DNA of 64,000 nucleotides, from contig NC_045696.1 of assembly GCF_009834535.1 (NCBI RefSeq), positions 19,036,001 through 19,100,000 on the forward strand, given 5' to 3'. Position 1 is the stretch's first letter, and each line of letters starts with the position of its first letter. Position numbers and translations under genes: made by a program. Shown one piece after another: positions 12,573 through 26,160 of this stretch. Source of the stretch: Camelus ferus. Its lineage: Eukaryota. The notes under the pieces were generated by a model. It worked only from the letters and a program-made list of their open reading frames with translations, was not told the origin of the DNA and did not search any database.

Positions 12573-14156
12573 GTTTTCTCTTTGAAGGTCTTTTAATTTC
12601 CGTGATGACTTAGAAACTCCAAAATTCCTTATTGGATTTTACTAACATTCTTCTTTTTTTTCTTTTTTTCTTTTTTAAAGGCTTTTAAAATTTGTGTTCT
12701 TATCTTTGGTGGAAATCAAAAAAGTAGTCTCAGTTACATTTCTGAACTCAGATGACCCAGAAGGAAAATCCTTGGGCCAGAGTGATACAGTAAAATCTAT
12801 TCAGAATTTTGCAAAGTAAAATTCTGAGGTCCAAAGTGAACACGAAAACCTAGACTTCATGAAACACACAAACATATTGAGAGGGCTGTGGAATTTTCTC
12901 ACAGAGAAAGAGAGTCCAAGTCTAACATACTAGATTAATACACTTCGTATCTATGGTTTACTCCTTTCGCACAAATACTGAAACACTATGTGGAGGTGTA
13001 TTATTTAATAATAAATGTGCACTTAATTCACAGATGAGATTTAGAACATGCCATACTTTTTTAATCTATAGTTCTTAACATTGATTTGCATATTTTCTGG
13101 GGCTTTTGCTTTAATCTGTCTTAAGTTGCCTTCAAACAGGAAATCATTTAATATTGCAGATTTTGCCTGCTTCACTTTTAATAATTTTTCTCCCTCAAAT
13201 TGTATCTATGCATTGATCTGGACTTAGAGGACAGAGGGTGGATTGCTTTTTTATAACAACTTGTAAGAAAAGCTACAGCACTAATATAAATCAGATAAAA
13301 CACTCCCTAGGGCCATTTCTGGCTTCCCAGATCATTCCAGTCTACTACTGTTCATTGTCAGAAACAGTTATGCTAGTTGTTAGATGCAGAATTATCAAAA
13401 CACATACTGTAGAACTGTTCAAATTAATTGATTTATTTGCAATAAGATTTTATTAGACTTGGAACATTAAAATAATACAAATATACAAAAAAGACATTTA
13501 TAATGGCCTATATGAAGGCACATCAAATGGGAATTAGTAACTGAAGACTTTCAGTAATAACAGAAAAAATCATTTTACAATTTAACAATGATATCTTTCC
13601 CTTCCCTTTTTGTCATTATGCCCATTGAGATCCCTTCAATACAATATTACTCATTTAAACTATTCAGTGTAACTTGAAATACTATTCATTAGAACAAACT
13701 CTGATTTATTTTTAAATTGTTTTCCACTAAAATTACAAAAGCTTGTCACTGGAGTAGACCCAAGAGAAGTTGCTGTCCAAGTTTCTTATTGTACAGATAG
13801 TAAGATAAAGGAATTGAAAGTTGAAGAAATATTCTCTAATTTCTTTCTCCACACCAAGAATACTAGAAGTTGTCATTAGCATTCAGTCTATTGCTCTTTC
13901 TACCATGTCATCCTACATTGGAAGTTGTTGTGAGTTCAGGAAAACAATTCGTGGCTTGTTCCTTGGAGTACTGTTTACCCTCAGGAATTTTTTTTATGGT
14001 TCTTATCATTTTTCTCTGCTAGTTACAGTTAAGCGAAAACATATTATAAAAACATATCCTAAAATTTCCAAGATTATATTCACTATGTTGAGTAAGAATC
14101 ACGATAATTACTCGTTTAGCAGCTAATTTATGCCTTGATGTAACAGACTTGCAAAG

Positions 14157-14158
<2 letters not shown>

Positions 14159-14198
<40 letters not shown>
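14159..14198. repeat. (CA)n microsatellite
   Basis: Directly visible, about 20 units. Confidence 0.97.
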
Positions 14199-14200
<2 letters not shown>

Positions 14201-17059
14201 ATATGTGCTCCCACACAGTCACGGGAAGGCTAGATCACAAAACCATTAAATAGATTGTAAACACTTATTAGAATAAATGAAGTATCAGGATGAATACTAG
14301 GAAGAAAAATTATCTTCACAGAGTAGGCATAGATTTAAAGACTCAAATTAAGTGAGAAAGTATCCTGGCACATAATTAGCTCTTAATACAGTTTTTAGTG
14401 TTACTGTAATTGTTCTGTTATTTGGAGAAAGACAGAAATTTAAATAAAAGGAATTCTTACCTTTGGGAAATCATTAGTTTCTAAAATACATGCAAACAAA
14501 ATAGCTATTTTATTAAAATGAATTCTTATAAAGCATTGCTATATCTGTGTAGTAAAAGTTAAATCCTGGTAAGTGTTTTAATTAAAAAAAATAATAAAAG
14601 TCTGGTCCAGAATGAGATGTTTTATAACCTGGAAAGTCTAAAAAATAAATAAATAAAGCTTGAAGTGAAGCTTAAATGCTAATATTTCATTATGAGCTGC
14701 AATCTTGTGGCACTTACATTTGAAATCCAGGTCTTGACTGATGAAAAAATGCCTCCTGTCCCCTGGAAGCAGAGTTGTGTGGACTTCCCCTGAAGAAGTT
14801 AGCAAAGACCGTGGTGCCGGTGCAGGAGGCAGTTAGAGCTCTCTACTAAGCAAGATGCCAAAGCCCAGGGGCCAGATGAGACCAAGGTGATTTGGACCAA
14901 GGGGAAGCAGGCACAGGAGCACCAAAGTTGGATCCAACACAGAATTCTTAGTTTGATATTTGTTTTGGTTTATCTTCACATTTAACCCAATAGTGTTTAT
15001 GTATCCCCCCAACTAACTGAATAATTTCTAACCAGTTTACATGACGTCTCATGTTTAGGGGGTACGCTTTTGATCAATGCACTTTAGCGAAGTAATTTTA
15101 TATATCCACGTAGTTACGTCAGTCATACTGGGTCCTTTTGTAAGCTCCTGAGTTTGTACGTCAGGACCCAGGATAAAATCAGTATCACTTAGTGTGGAAT
15201 AAGGATGAGCAGGAACTATTCCATCCTCTCTCCACTCCAGGGAGAGCCATGCGGGTGTCTGGGTGACAGGCAGGCAGTTTGTTTTCCAATGAAAGGTCTC
15301 TTCAATCCTGCTGTTCTTCAATAAAGGTAGAGCTTATAAAACTGCACAATTTTTGAATGTAATCTAGAAACTAAAAATAAATAAATAAAAAGTAAGTAGC
15401 ACTGAAATAATTATGTGAAAAAAGGTCTTAAAGATTTAAATCTCATATATATAGAAATTATGTTTTTCTGTATTTTTATGAAAAGATGAAAAAAGAAAAT
15501 ACATTTTCTTATGAAAAGTATATACCTACCAATGTCTTGCCATGTTTAGGCCATGTTAATAAAATATTATGGAGAAATTATTTTGAGTGAAAAAAATAAA
15601 GTTAGTCTGTGGCCTCAGTAATTTGAATAGTTTTATAAAATCAAAATTTGTGAGTTTTAATTTAAATGAATTTATATAGATTATCTTTGTCAAAAATAAA
15701 ATATTTTGTGTTTTACATATGTAATCTAAATGAATTAATGTTTCACTCTCTATTGCCAAAGTAAGCTTGGCATTTATCTGGTTTATTAGAAAGTTCTGTC
15801 TTTGTCAATAAATATTATAGTCAAGTACACAATAGGTTTTCTATTAATAGAATTTTGATTTGTTGTAAGATAATTGTGTTAGAATAAACTCATAGACACA
15901 ATTGTAAAATATAGTGAGTATATTGCAAGAATATATACAAACTCAATGTATTTGTATAAAATCATGCAGGCCACAAAACCTCAATTTTTAAAGTAAATGA
16001 ATGAAAAGATTTTTCTTAGTACAGGACAGAAACTAAAGTTTAATATTAAAATAAATGTTAATACAAATATAAATGTATATTTGCATATGCAGAAACATAT
16101 TCCCTTATTGAAGCCAAAATTTTCCAAGTAAGAATATTTTATAGTATATTAGTGATTGATATTATGTGATGTAGAAATATACAGGACTTAATGCACCTGA
16201 AGTTTTTTCTTTTATAGTTACGTTTTTTACATTATTCACTAATCAATAGTTTACAAAATTGATTACATGTGTTGTGTACCTATGTACATTTCAAATCTTA
16301 TATCTATCTAAATGTTTGTTGTGTTATTAAAAGGAAAATACATTCTTTCTAATAATAGCTATATTCTTGGGAAAACTATATGACCTAGAAATATCTTACA
16401 TTTTTTGTTTCAACGAGAAACCAAGGCGCCAGACATGTAATAGCTAATTTTTTATTCAATAATTTCAGTAATAGTCATTTCATTATTATAAATAATTCCA
16501 AATTATGAAGGTCAAAACTAGAAAAATAAAAACTGAAAAAATACATTTTCCTTCAAATGTAAATACATCTCTGTCACCTTTGGACCTGACCTTACTCTAT
16601 TTTTATTACAGCCTACTTTACAACTTCCAAAACAACTCTTAAGTTTGACAAGGTCAATGATGGAGCTGTGAATTCCTCTGACTTTTCTGACTTGTAAGGT
16701 GTAGTTTCCTTTTACTAGGTTTTAAAACCAGTAGCAGTTCTGAAATATATAATTGGTGATAGGTCATTGATCAGTCACTCATATTCCATTATTTAAAACT
16801 GAATGCTGTCTAATAAAGATCTATATCAAGCCCAGAAGTGGAATCTATCAAGTTGCTTTCAATATCACCCCCGATTTGTGGACCAGGAAATCATGACTTC
16901 TTTGAAGAGTCTGAATTAACTTGGAGCAAAGATAAAAGTTATTTGAGGAGGCCAGACAATAGGAAACAAATAATTTCTTCCACATCTAGATTTTAACAAC
17001 AGCAAATGTCCCTGGGGCGTGGCTTCGTAAACCAGAAGCAAACAATGATTTCTCACTTC

Positions 17060-17245
17060 TCTGCCCTCAGATTTATCCTCTGTCTTCCTTTGAGCCACTG
17101 TCATACTGCACAGGTATTACTGCATTTATCATGATGTATTATAATTTATTTGCTTCCTTGTTTATCTTCTCAACAAGAGGATGAATTATTTCAGGCAATG
17201 AAATTAGTTCTATCCTGGTTTATTCACAGTATCTTATACCTGGGC
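17060..17245 (+). mobile_element. L2 3' fragment
   Basis: 'catttatcatgatgtattataatttatttgcttccttgtttatcttctc...caggcaatga...tattcacagtatctta' resembles the L2 3' region. Confidence 0.55.
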
Positions 17246-17767
17246 CTTCCCTGGAAGAGTGAGGTTCCCTGAGGCAACTGAACCATTTGAGCTGGCCCAA
17301 GAAAGTTGCATGTGAAAGAAACCAAGCACTGTTGGCAATTTCACTGGGCCTCTTGGATGTCATTAGAGAAAGAAATTTTGGAATCACAAGCAAAGCCATG
17401 TAACCCACCCTTGCAAGCTTTGAACCTAGAACAGGCATTCCAACTGAAGTAGACAAAGATAAACCTACCAACAGAGATTTTAGCACACCTCCAGATCCAC
17501 AATTTGGAAAGTTGTAATATAAAAGTTGGAAATTCTGTTATTTCAGTATTTCCTCTTACTCTCTTCTGTGAAAATAAGTGTCCGTATTGATTTTCATTTT
17601 TGTGCACTCTGTATCAATTTCCTCCACTGAAACTCAAAGTAGAGAGTTGCTAGATGGAAATGTTGACACAAAAATTACTTTCTTCCTGTAAGGGGAATAT
17701 AACAAGCTCTCACAAAAGAGTGAATTGGAAAATTGTCAACCAAATGTCAGTGAAAGTTGAATAAGGC

Positions 17768-18578
17768 TGTATCACTTGCTAGGGCTGCTGGAACAAAGCA
17801 TTACACTCTGGGTGGCTTAAACAACTAAACATGTTTTCACAGTTCTGGAGAAAGACAGGAGTCCAAGATCACGGTGTCTGCAGGATTTGCTTCTTTTGAG
17901 ACGTTGAGGAAAGGATCTCTTCCCAGGCCTCTCTCCTTAGTCCAAAGGTACTTATCTTCTCCTTGTCTTCACAGCATCTTCCCTCTGCATAACTGTCCAA
18001 ATTTACTCTTTCATAAGGACATCAGTCTTACAAGATTAAGACCCACCGTAGAGACCTAATTTTTACTTAATTATCTCTGTAGAGACCCTACCTCCAAAAA
18101 CAGTCACATCTGTTGACCTACAACAAGTAGACTGCCAGCTATTTCTCCCATAAAATTGAATTTATTCAGAATCAGTAAAGAATTGTAATTCAAGGTCTTC
18201 AACTGTGGCAAGCCACATCAAATCCCCCCCAACAACAAGGAGAAGAGAACTTCTTTAAAGAGGGTAAAAGGAAGTTGGGAGGGCTATGGTAAACAAAGAG
18301 CCCATTGAAAGATTTGAGAGTTCAAGTATAGTGGCTTTTCATCAGCTGATTTGTGACAGTGTCTCACTGGCTGAGCTCTTGCCAGGGGAGAAGAGGAGGT
18401 CATTTTCCTTCCTGTTGGGTTCTGCTAGCATCCTAGGGCATTCAGGCTCCCCTGTTTGCTCTCCTGACTCTATTTTAATTGAGGTTTCTGTTTATAAATT
18501 TTTGAACATCTGAGCTACTGGAGGTTAGGACTTCAACATATATGAATTTTGGAGGGTCACACTTCAAAGCCCATAATA
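17768..18578 (-). mobile_element. MLT1B-like MaLR solo LTR, split by a younger LTR at 18111-18508
   Basis: 'agggctgctggaacaaagcattacactctgggtggcttaaacaac...cagtcacatc' resumes as 'tgagctactggaggttaggacttcaacata...gcccataata'. Flanks aaggc/atggc give a 4/5 TSD. Confidence 0.9.
18111..18508 (-). mobile_element. Younger ERV solo LTR (398 bp) nested in the MLT1B
   Basis: TGTT...AACA termini, minus-strand AATAAA at 18161-18166, and precise interruption of the MLT1 sequence. Confidence 0.8.
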
Positions 18579-19349
18579 ATGGCTAAATCAGTCCTCTAAA
18601 TGCTTTAAGTGGTGGACAGGTTTTACTAAAATTATCCAGAAATTTGCAGATTTTTCTCTTCTCTGACAACAGAGCCCCAGTTTTACTAGTTGAATGCTAA
18701 AGAAAATTATGTGATTTCTTTCCCTGAAAAACTCACACTTATACAAATATATTTGAAAATGTTTATTTTGGATGGCTGTATTAGCAACGCAAAGCTACTG
18801 TCCCCTTATAACACCACATTTTCACTTATTCATGGGGAACAACATATGCAATATGGTTTTAGAAATATACTCACTTTGGGTGCTAAAAATTCACAGCAAC
18901 TCTACCAGTCGTGTTGGCTGAAGAGAAAGTCTATTCAGCTCATCGTCATTCTTCTGAATACTTTATTTTGCACATTAACATCTGGTAATTTGATAAATAC
19001 TGACAACTGCTTTTTCCAGAATCACCTATGCGATGTAATATAAATAGTAAAAAAAAAAAAATCTCACATCAACATCTGGCTAGAAGAATGTGATATACAT
19101 GTCCAGACATCATTTGTGACTACACTTGTATTTTACCTTCAGCAACATTAAAATGGAATCATTATATATTTTTTCCCACCTGGATGAAAGCTACTTAAAT
19201 GTCTTAGAATATTAATTATCTATGTATAAACAAATGCAATTATTTGCTTAAAAACAACTAAACTGCTAAATAAGCCAGGCAATCATACAAGCCTGCTTAA
19301 AGTTTTCAGCCTTCACAATGAGGAATCTTAGCCTTAGGAAATGATAAGG

Positions 19350-19597
19350 CATGCTTACCATTTGCCTGGCACAGTTGAAACACTTGAAATATATATTATC
19401 TATTAACATAGGCCACTTTTATAGCTATCTTATCAAGGAGGTCTTATTATTGTCTCCATTTTATAAATGAGGAAACTAAGGCACAGAGGAAGTAAGTAAT
19501 CTATGCAACATCACCGTAGTGATTGTAAATAGTGCAAGCAAAATTCAAACAAGGCAGGGTGATTCCAGAATTAAGACTCTCAGCCAGTGCACACACT
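19350..19597 (-). mobile_element. MIR SINE
   Basis: Core 'ccattttataaatgaggaaactaaggcacagaggaagtaagtaa'. Confidence 0.85.
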
Positions 19598-22500
19598 ATC
19601 ATCTGTCAGAACCAGTGAGAAGGTATGAGATTTCAGCACATTGACCTTTGATCATGAGATTTAAATTCTCTTACTAGCACTATCATTCATTATATGTGCA
19701 ACATTTCTGAGTCTCAAAACATTCTTACCCCACAGTCTTAACCACACTTCCCATATCTGCCAAACACAGATACTCTTCTCTGATGGTGCCAGTGTCTTTA
19801 ATGCTCATTCTAGATGCACCTCTTCAAGTAGATTATTGCTCCCCATAAATGATAATGTCTCACATATTGTGATTGGATAAAAAGTGATAATAAATTCAAA
19901 AATCTTACTGTGTGGTTCCAGTCAGAGTAACCACCCTATAATCCATGGCTAGTATTCTTACTAATTTTTTTTATCAATATTGCTGCTATGACTATCTTAC
20001 TAACAGTACTGATGTTATTACTAACAAAATTAAACTCTGAGACTTAATGTTTTCTAGTGCAAATCTACTGTAGTATAAAGTTTGATAGAAATGTGCATAT
20101 TTACATATAACCATAATACTCAGTTTTGTTAAGTCAAAACTTCAAAAGGAGTACTGTCATAGTTTAGAGACAAAGGAGGGATTTCCTTGTACCTTCTTCT
20201 CTCACCTCCCTCAAATTCGCCTACATTGCTTTCCTGGAGTGAGAGTTTCTTTTTGGACTAAGAAACATTAAGAATGCTATTTTGACTGGATCTCCAGTAT
20301 TTCACTTATAAATACATTTATTTTACTGATAAATACAGATAAATAACATTTTATTTACTGATTCATTGTGAAAATTTATTCACTACCAAAATTGAAATGT
20401 TAAAAAATTTAGCCAAATTTAGGAAATCCTCAGGTACTATCATTTTTGTACTTCTTAAAGTTAATTGTATTATTTTGTTTTTTCACAGCTAACATATAAC
20501 TTAGTTCATGATGACAGTAAGGAAGTCTAGGGATATAGATTACTCTTCATTTTGAATTTAAAAAAATTTTCCCATGTCAGGGATAGAATCTGCAATTTAA
20601 AAATAATGTGAACAAAATAAGTAAATTATTAATGTTGTCACAGTCACTAATGATAAAATCTATTTTATAGTATGATTACTTGGACATTTTCACTCTGTTC
20701 TAAACAATTATTATAATCAATAGTAAAATTGATGATAAAAATAGTCTGTTAATATCTTACCATATGAATTTATTGTTGTTTCTGAAAAAGAGTTTTTATC
20801 AATTTGTGTTCTTTAGATTATCTTGTTATGTTACTGAGAAAAATCATAAATAAAATGAGTATAAATTTCTCTTTAGAATTATTTCATTAGTTCATGTGGT
20901 TCTAAATAGTTTACTTGCATAATATCCCTAACTTTCAAAACTATATCTGATGAATTTAATGCTTAATAGATATTTTTAATAAATAGGTATCTAGTATTAG
21001 GAATATATATACATATGTATATGTTTGTTTCATTGACCACATCCATGGTTAATGAAGGAACAAAAATAAACAAGGTAACCTAAACTAATTTTTAAGTGGT
21101 CAATATTATAAAATAATACAAAACTTAAATATTAAAGAGTATTTTTACTTCCTACAATTTCTTAAAAATAAGTAATATCTGAGTTACCAGTTGGCAAAAG
21201 AGACCCCAGTGATGACGAACTCAGGAACTATTCTGGAATGCCTTGATAAGTACTAAATAAAATATACTTTCCTTTGCTCTGAGTGTATGTCTGTGTGCAA
21301 ACCACCTGCATACTAAATGTGGAATTAAGAATAGGCATTCTTATTAGTGTTTGTTCTGCAACATTAAAACATACAGTCCAAGTAATTTTGCTTGTGGATC
21401 AAAAATCCTCATGAAATAGGTAGGGGACCAAGAAAAATAAATACTTGAAAACTATATGTACTTATAAAGTTCATTTATATGTATGTCCTCATATTGGCCC
21501 ACATAATAAATAGTGAAAGTCTTGTTAAGCTTGCACTAAGCATGAACTCCAAAGTGAAGAAAATAAGTTCAAGAATGAATCAACTGATTACACCAGCATT
21601 CCTGGCTTTCAAGCACCTGTTCCCTTTTCTTGATACACCTCTTATCTGCTGACAGGTTGGTGTCTTGACAAATTTGAGGTCTTGACCAAGTCTGTCACTT
21701 AACAGTTTTTCAAGGCAATGGCCTAGACAAGTGCTATCTGTGATGACCAAAAATCGTACATTTCCAATTCCACATGGGCCATTACTTTTGTAAAATACAA
21801 TAATAGTAATTAACTGTAAAAATTAAATTTAAAAAACATAAATATATAATCCAGACATGTTAAAAATTATTTAATTCTATAGCCGTAAAAGTACTCCATC
21901 CTATTGCTAAAAATGTTCTAAATGTTTATTATTAGTGTCTGTACTCTCTATATTTATGTTGTCACAGATTGATAACAGCTTGAGAATTGACTTCGTGGAT
22001 CAACCACACTGTGAGTAACACAGAGCTAGACGAGGCAGCAGGAATTGCATATGAACAACAGAAAATCTAATTAACAGAACATTTACAGAGCAGGCATTTT
22101 CATTGTTGCTTGTGGTGCTTTCTTTGCTTTGATGGACATCTAGTTTTGTTTTGCAGTTTCTGTAAACCTAATCATCTAGGGAAAGACATTGATTAACAAA
22201 TCAAACTTTTATCCTGCTCCTTTTTCAATTTCCCTTCTCATTTACAACCTGACAATGAGACAAGACGCACATGTGTGTGATAGTCAACCAGATACATGAC
22301 ACACGGTGTGTAGGCAGTGTTCTCCTCTGCTGTGATGAAGTCACGTGCAGTCTTTCATAGGAGTGGAGGCACACCCTGACCTCAGTAACTCTAATGTTTA
22401 TCCCGCCAAGCTGAAAATACATCATCAGAGTGGCACAGATTTTTTCTTTTACTTCAATTAATATAACATGTTCATTGCAAGCTAGGTTAGCACCATAGAA

Positions 22501-23577
22501 CAAGCAGCTCACACTTGGCAATTTATGTTTTCTAGAAAAATGGGAACTTCATCTCCTTCTATTAGCTGTAAGCTGTATCTGCATTTTTTTACTGCAGTCA
22601 AGTAGAAACTGATATCCTTCTGTTTGCTTCCTAAATTGTTGCCCAAATTGCAGCTTTGTAAATGCTTTAGAAAATTCATGATAGTAACCTGGTAAAAAAT
22701 AATTTTAGGTTTAGGGTACCTGTTTTTTTTTTTTTGTTTGTTTTTTTTTATGTAACCCTCTCTTACTTCCATCTTACGCCTAATCAGTAGCTACATGAGG
22801 AAGTAACGCAGAACAAAGAGATGAAGTACAGCCCCCAGGGGACCTGCATTTTAATGGAGTTAACTCCTATTAATTTTTGGAACAATAATCTGAGTTAGAC
22901 GGCATGTGGTTGGGGACAAATTCGGGAAAGGTCAAACATTTCCAGACACCAAGTGAAATATCTACTGTGAGGGGTTTTACTGACAAGTTGTCCTTTAATG
23001 CTTTGATTTAAGCATCTGTTATTTCAATGACATTTTGTTTCCCTAATTAATGGAATGAGCAACAAATTATGAAAGTAGATCACCATATTCCTCTATGTTA
23101 CTGATGACACTTATTTTAAATCATTAAAAAGATTCTCTCTTCCAGAATTTGTACTTGGAAAAAATGTGAAAAGATTTAATATTCATAAATTCATATGGTT
23201 TACAATATATTATTGGGCATTAAACACATGAATAGTTTATTTTTACCCACACAGAGATGTCCGGAAAAATACTAACCAGAACATTAACAATAGTTAACTG
23301 GTTCTCTTTGGTTTATGAATAGTCACTTATGTTTACTTTCTCTTCATATTTTATATTGGTTTATTTTTTTTCCATTGAACAGCAAGAAAAAAATTAATCA
23401 GCAAAGATAATGCTATTTTTATGTTGAAAAACACAAATACGTTCCTAACAGGTTGGGTAATTATGACAGATTAACATCAACAGTGATTTCACTCGGGGGA
23501 AGATAGTTAAGAAAATACGGCTTGTCACACTCCATTATTTCTTCAGACAATTATTGATGACCTCCACCAGTAAATAG

Positions 23578-23892
23578 CTGTGCTGTCCAATACTGTGGAC
23601 ACTAACCCCAAGTAAGTGATAAACACCTGAAATGTTGCTGGTCAGAATTAACATATGCTTTAAATGTAAAATACACACTTGATTTTGAAGACATGGCATG
23701 AAGTAAAGAATATAAGTTATCTCAATAATTTCATATTGATTTCATGTTGAGATAATATTTTGCATATATTGGTTAAATAAAATTTATTATTAAGATTAAT
23801 TTCTCTTGCTTCTTTATTACCTTTTAAATGAAGCTCCTAGATAATTTTAAATGAACATGTGGTTTACATTATATTTCAATTGGACAGCACTG
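23578..23892. mobile_element. MER33 non-autonomous hAT-Charlie DNA transposon
   Basis: Terminal inverted repeats 'ctgtgctgtccaat' and 'attggacagcactg'; 315 bp; internal 'tgtaaaatacacacttgattttgaagac' matches MER33. Confidence 0.9.
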
Positions 23893-25884
23893 TTTAATGT
23901 TTATAATTCTCTCAATCTCAGTGTTGGACACCATTGCTATGCTGTTGAAACTTGACGTTGAGTTAGGGTGGCTCACCATTCTTTCTCCCTTCCTTTCAGG
24001 AAAGGAGATGGTTCAGAAGTGTTCTGTATGTTAAGCCTGGACTAATTTGTCACAACTGCGCTCTGCTCCATGTCATTATATGTTTGCATATTGAGAGGAA
24101 AGAAGTTGGTGACAAGGCTCTGCTTTGAATCTATTGATTAGATCCATGAGCTAATGGTTTTATCAATACTCCTTGGCTCTTTAAGGTTACAATCTGGATT
24201 CATCACATGAAAATATATTTAAAATACATTTTCTTAGACTTCATGATGTGCAGAATTATTGGACAATGTTGTTCTCTTTTCTTTTATACTCATTTTGATT
24301 TAAGTTCTTGGTCAGATAGCACTATATTAAAGCAGTGCAAAATGGTTTCTATAGACCTATCACATTGATTTGGTTTTCATGAAAGAAAAAAATCATGATT
24401 GACTTCCTAAGTTTTGATTAGTCTCTGACAATAAGGAGTGAGGTTTCAGTGCTATGAGCATCTTCCTCTTCCCCTCATGGTGTAATATAGAAAATACATT
24501 ATTTTTTTAATTCTCAAAGTTGTCATGCTAAATCTGTTTTCAGTCTGTGTCTTTCAGAACCTCTGATCTTGTCTTAAGTTCCTTATGTCACTATTATATA
24601 AATATGGATATATTCATTTGCTCTATTTTCAATGGTTGTTACGTTTTTTAAAGCACGATTTTCATCCAAATCTCAATTATAGCATTACTGAGTGGCTTGA
24701 GTTTTAGAAGTTATAAATTGTTCCAACTGTGGGAAGTGTGTTATCAGCACTTGTTTATAATTGGTGTTAACTATTTATGTAGAACAACAGGTAAACATAT
24801 AAATTAATTTGAATCATCTCATACACATTTTCCCATTCATTTTAGGGTTAATGTTGCAGGTGATATTCCATAATGTTGTCATGGGTGAATATTGCTATTA
24901 AACAGTTTAGCACAATATGCAAAATAAAAAAGCTGAAAATAACATATCCATCCAATGAGAATATATTCTGCTACGATTTTTTGTTTGTACTTACATACAG
25001 AAAGGTTTAGGAATAAGAAATAGTTGGAACACATAAACATTTTCTCATTTTTAATTCTAAATTTTAATATAATCTTAACACTTATGTATGTATATGCCTA
25101 CAACTCCAAAAAGTCGTAAGACATTAATATGTTAACTTATACTTAAATGGAAATCATCTCTTAAAACTAAAGCTGTGCTGAGGACATATTCAGGAGTTGG
25201 TAGAGTAAACCTCTCCTTCATTGTGGCAAAATAATTTGTTTTATAGCATAAAGCTTTTGTTTTGTTTACTACCTTATGGCAGAGATATATGGTTCTGTAT
25301 TTAATTGTTCAAAGTCCAGCTTCAAAATGAAAAAAAAAATCTGACTTACAGAGACAGGTGAAATCTAAAGTATTTGTACTGCTTTTGCTACTTGAGAGTT
25401 AATCAGCTATTTTAAAACTTTATGAAACCCATAAAGGGTATATTTGTCCAATGAAAACACACTTGGCAAACACCATCACTTAAACATCTGTCTTTGCTAT
25501 TAAGTAAGTTTTAGATGACAACAAACAGGGAAGTTGTTTTTTTTTTTGAGGCTAAGCATTAACTTTAGTGTATTCAGCACTTTGTAAAATACATTTTCCT
25601 TTATTACTATCTTTCACTTTCAAATATAGTCCATGCTTTTATTACTAAGGTTAAAAAAACTTGTGTATTATGTCTCAGTGTTTCTCCACTTTACATCTAC
25701 TTAAAAGAACACAAAAGTAGATATTACTATTCCAAGAGCAACATTTAATATTCATTTATTCAAATAACCAAAATAATCTACTAGAAATTATACACTGGGT
25801 GGTCAAATGGACATACTTTGAAAAATTCATTGAGCTTATGATTTGTTCATGTCTCTTCTTGATAGGCTACACATCAGTAAAATT

Positions 25885-26160
25885 TTTAAAAATCTATTTT
25901 ATTTCTACATACTGGCAACATAAATAGAACCTAAAATAAAAAGATATCACTTAACAACAGCAAATAAACATCTAGTACTTAAAAATATATCTAACAAAAT
26001 ATGTGCAAAACATGTACACCAAAAAACACAAACATATTTGTGAGAAGTTACATAAGACCTAAATAAATTCATAAGTTGAAATGCTGTATTTTAAAGACGT
26101 CAGTTCTCTTAAACAGATCTCACGATTCAATGCAATTCTAGCCAAAATCTCAGAAAGCAA
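25885..26160 (+). mobile_element. Old L1 ORF2 fragment (post-RT region)
   Basis: 'ctaacaaaatatgtgcaaaacatgtacac...aagacctaaataaat...gattcaatgcaattctagccaaaatctcag' matches L1 ORF2 LTKxVxDLY...DLNKW...FNAIPIKIP. Confidence 0.75.

Noticed and set aside
14461..14480. Possible 20-nt minus-strand microexon (ttttag|...ccaaag|gtaaga)
   Set aside because: Strong donor, but not frame-preserving, no host gene seen, and such motifs arise by chance.
17220..17607. Overlapping 88-aa minus-strand ORFs, one with a hydrophobic N-terminus
   Set aside because: Non-ATG starts, one runs into an L2 fragment, and no recognisable homology or splice structure.
18690..19043. 117-aa ORF
   Set aside because: TTG start, composition typical of AT-rich chance ORFs, no domain.
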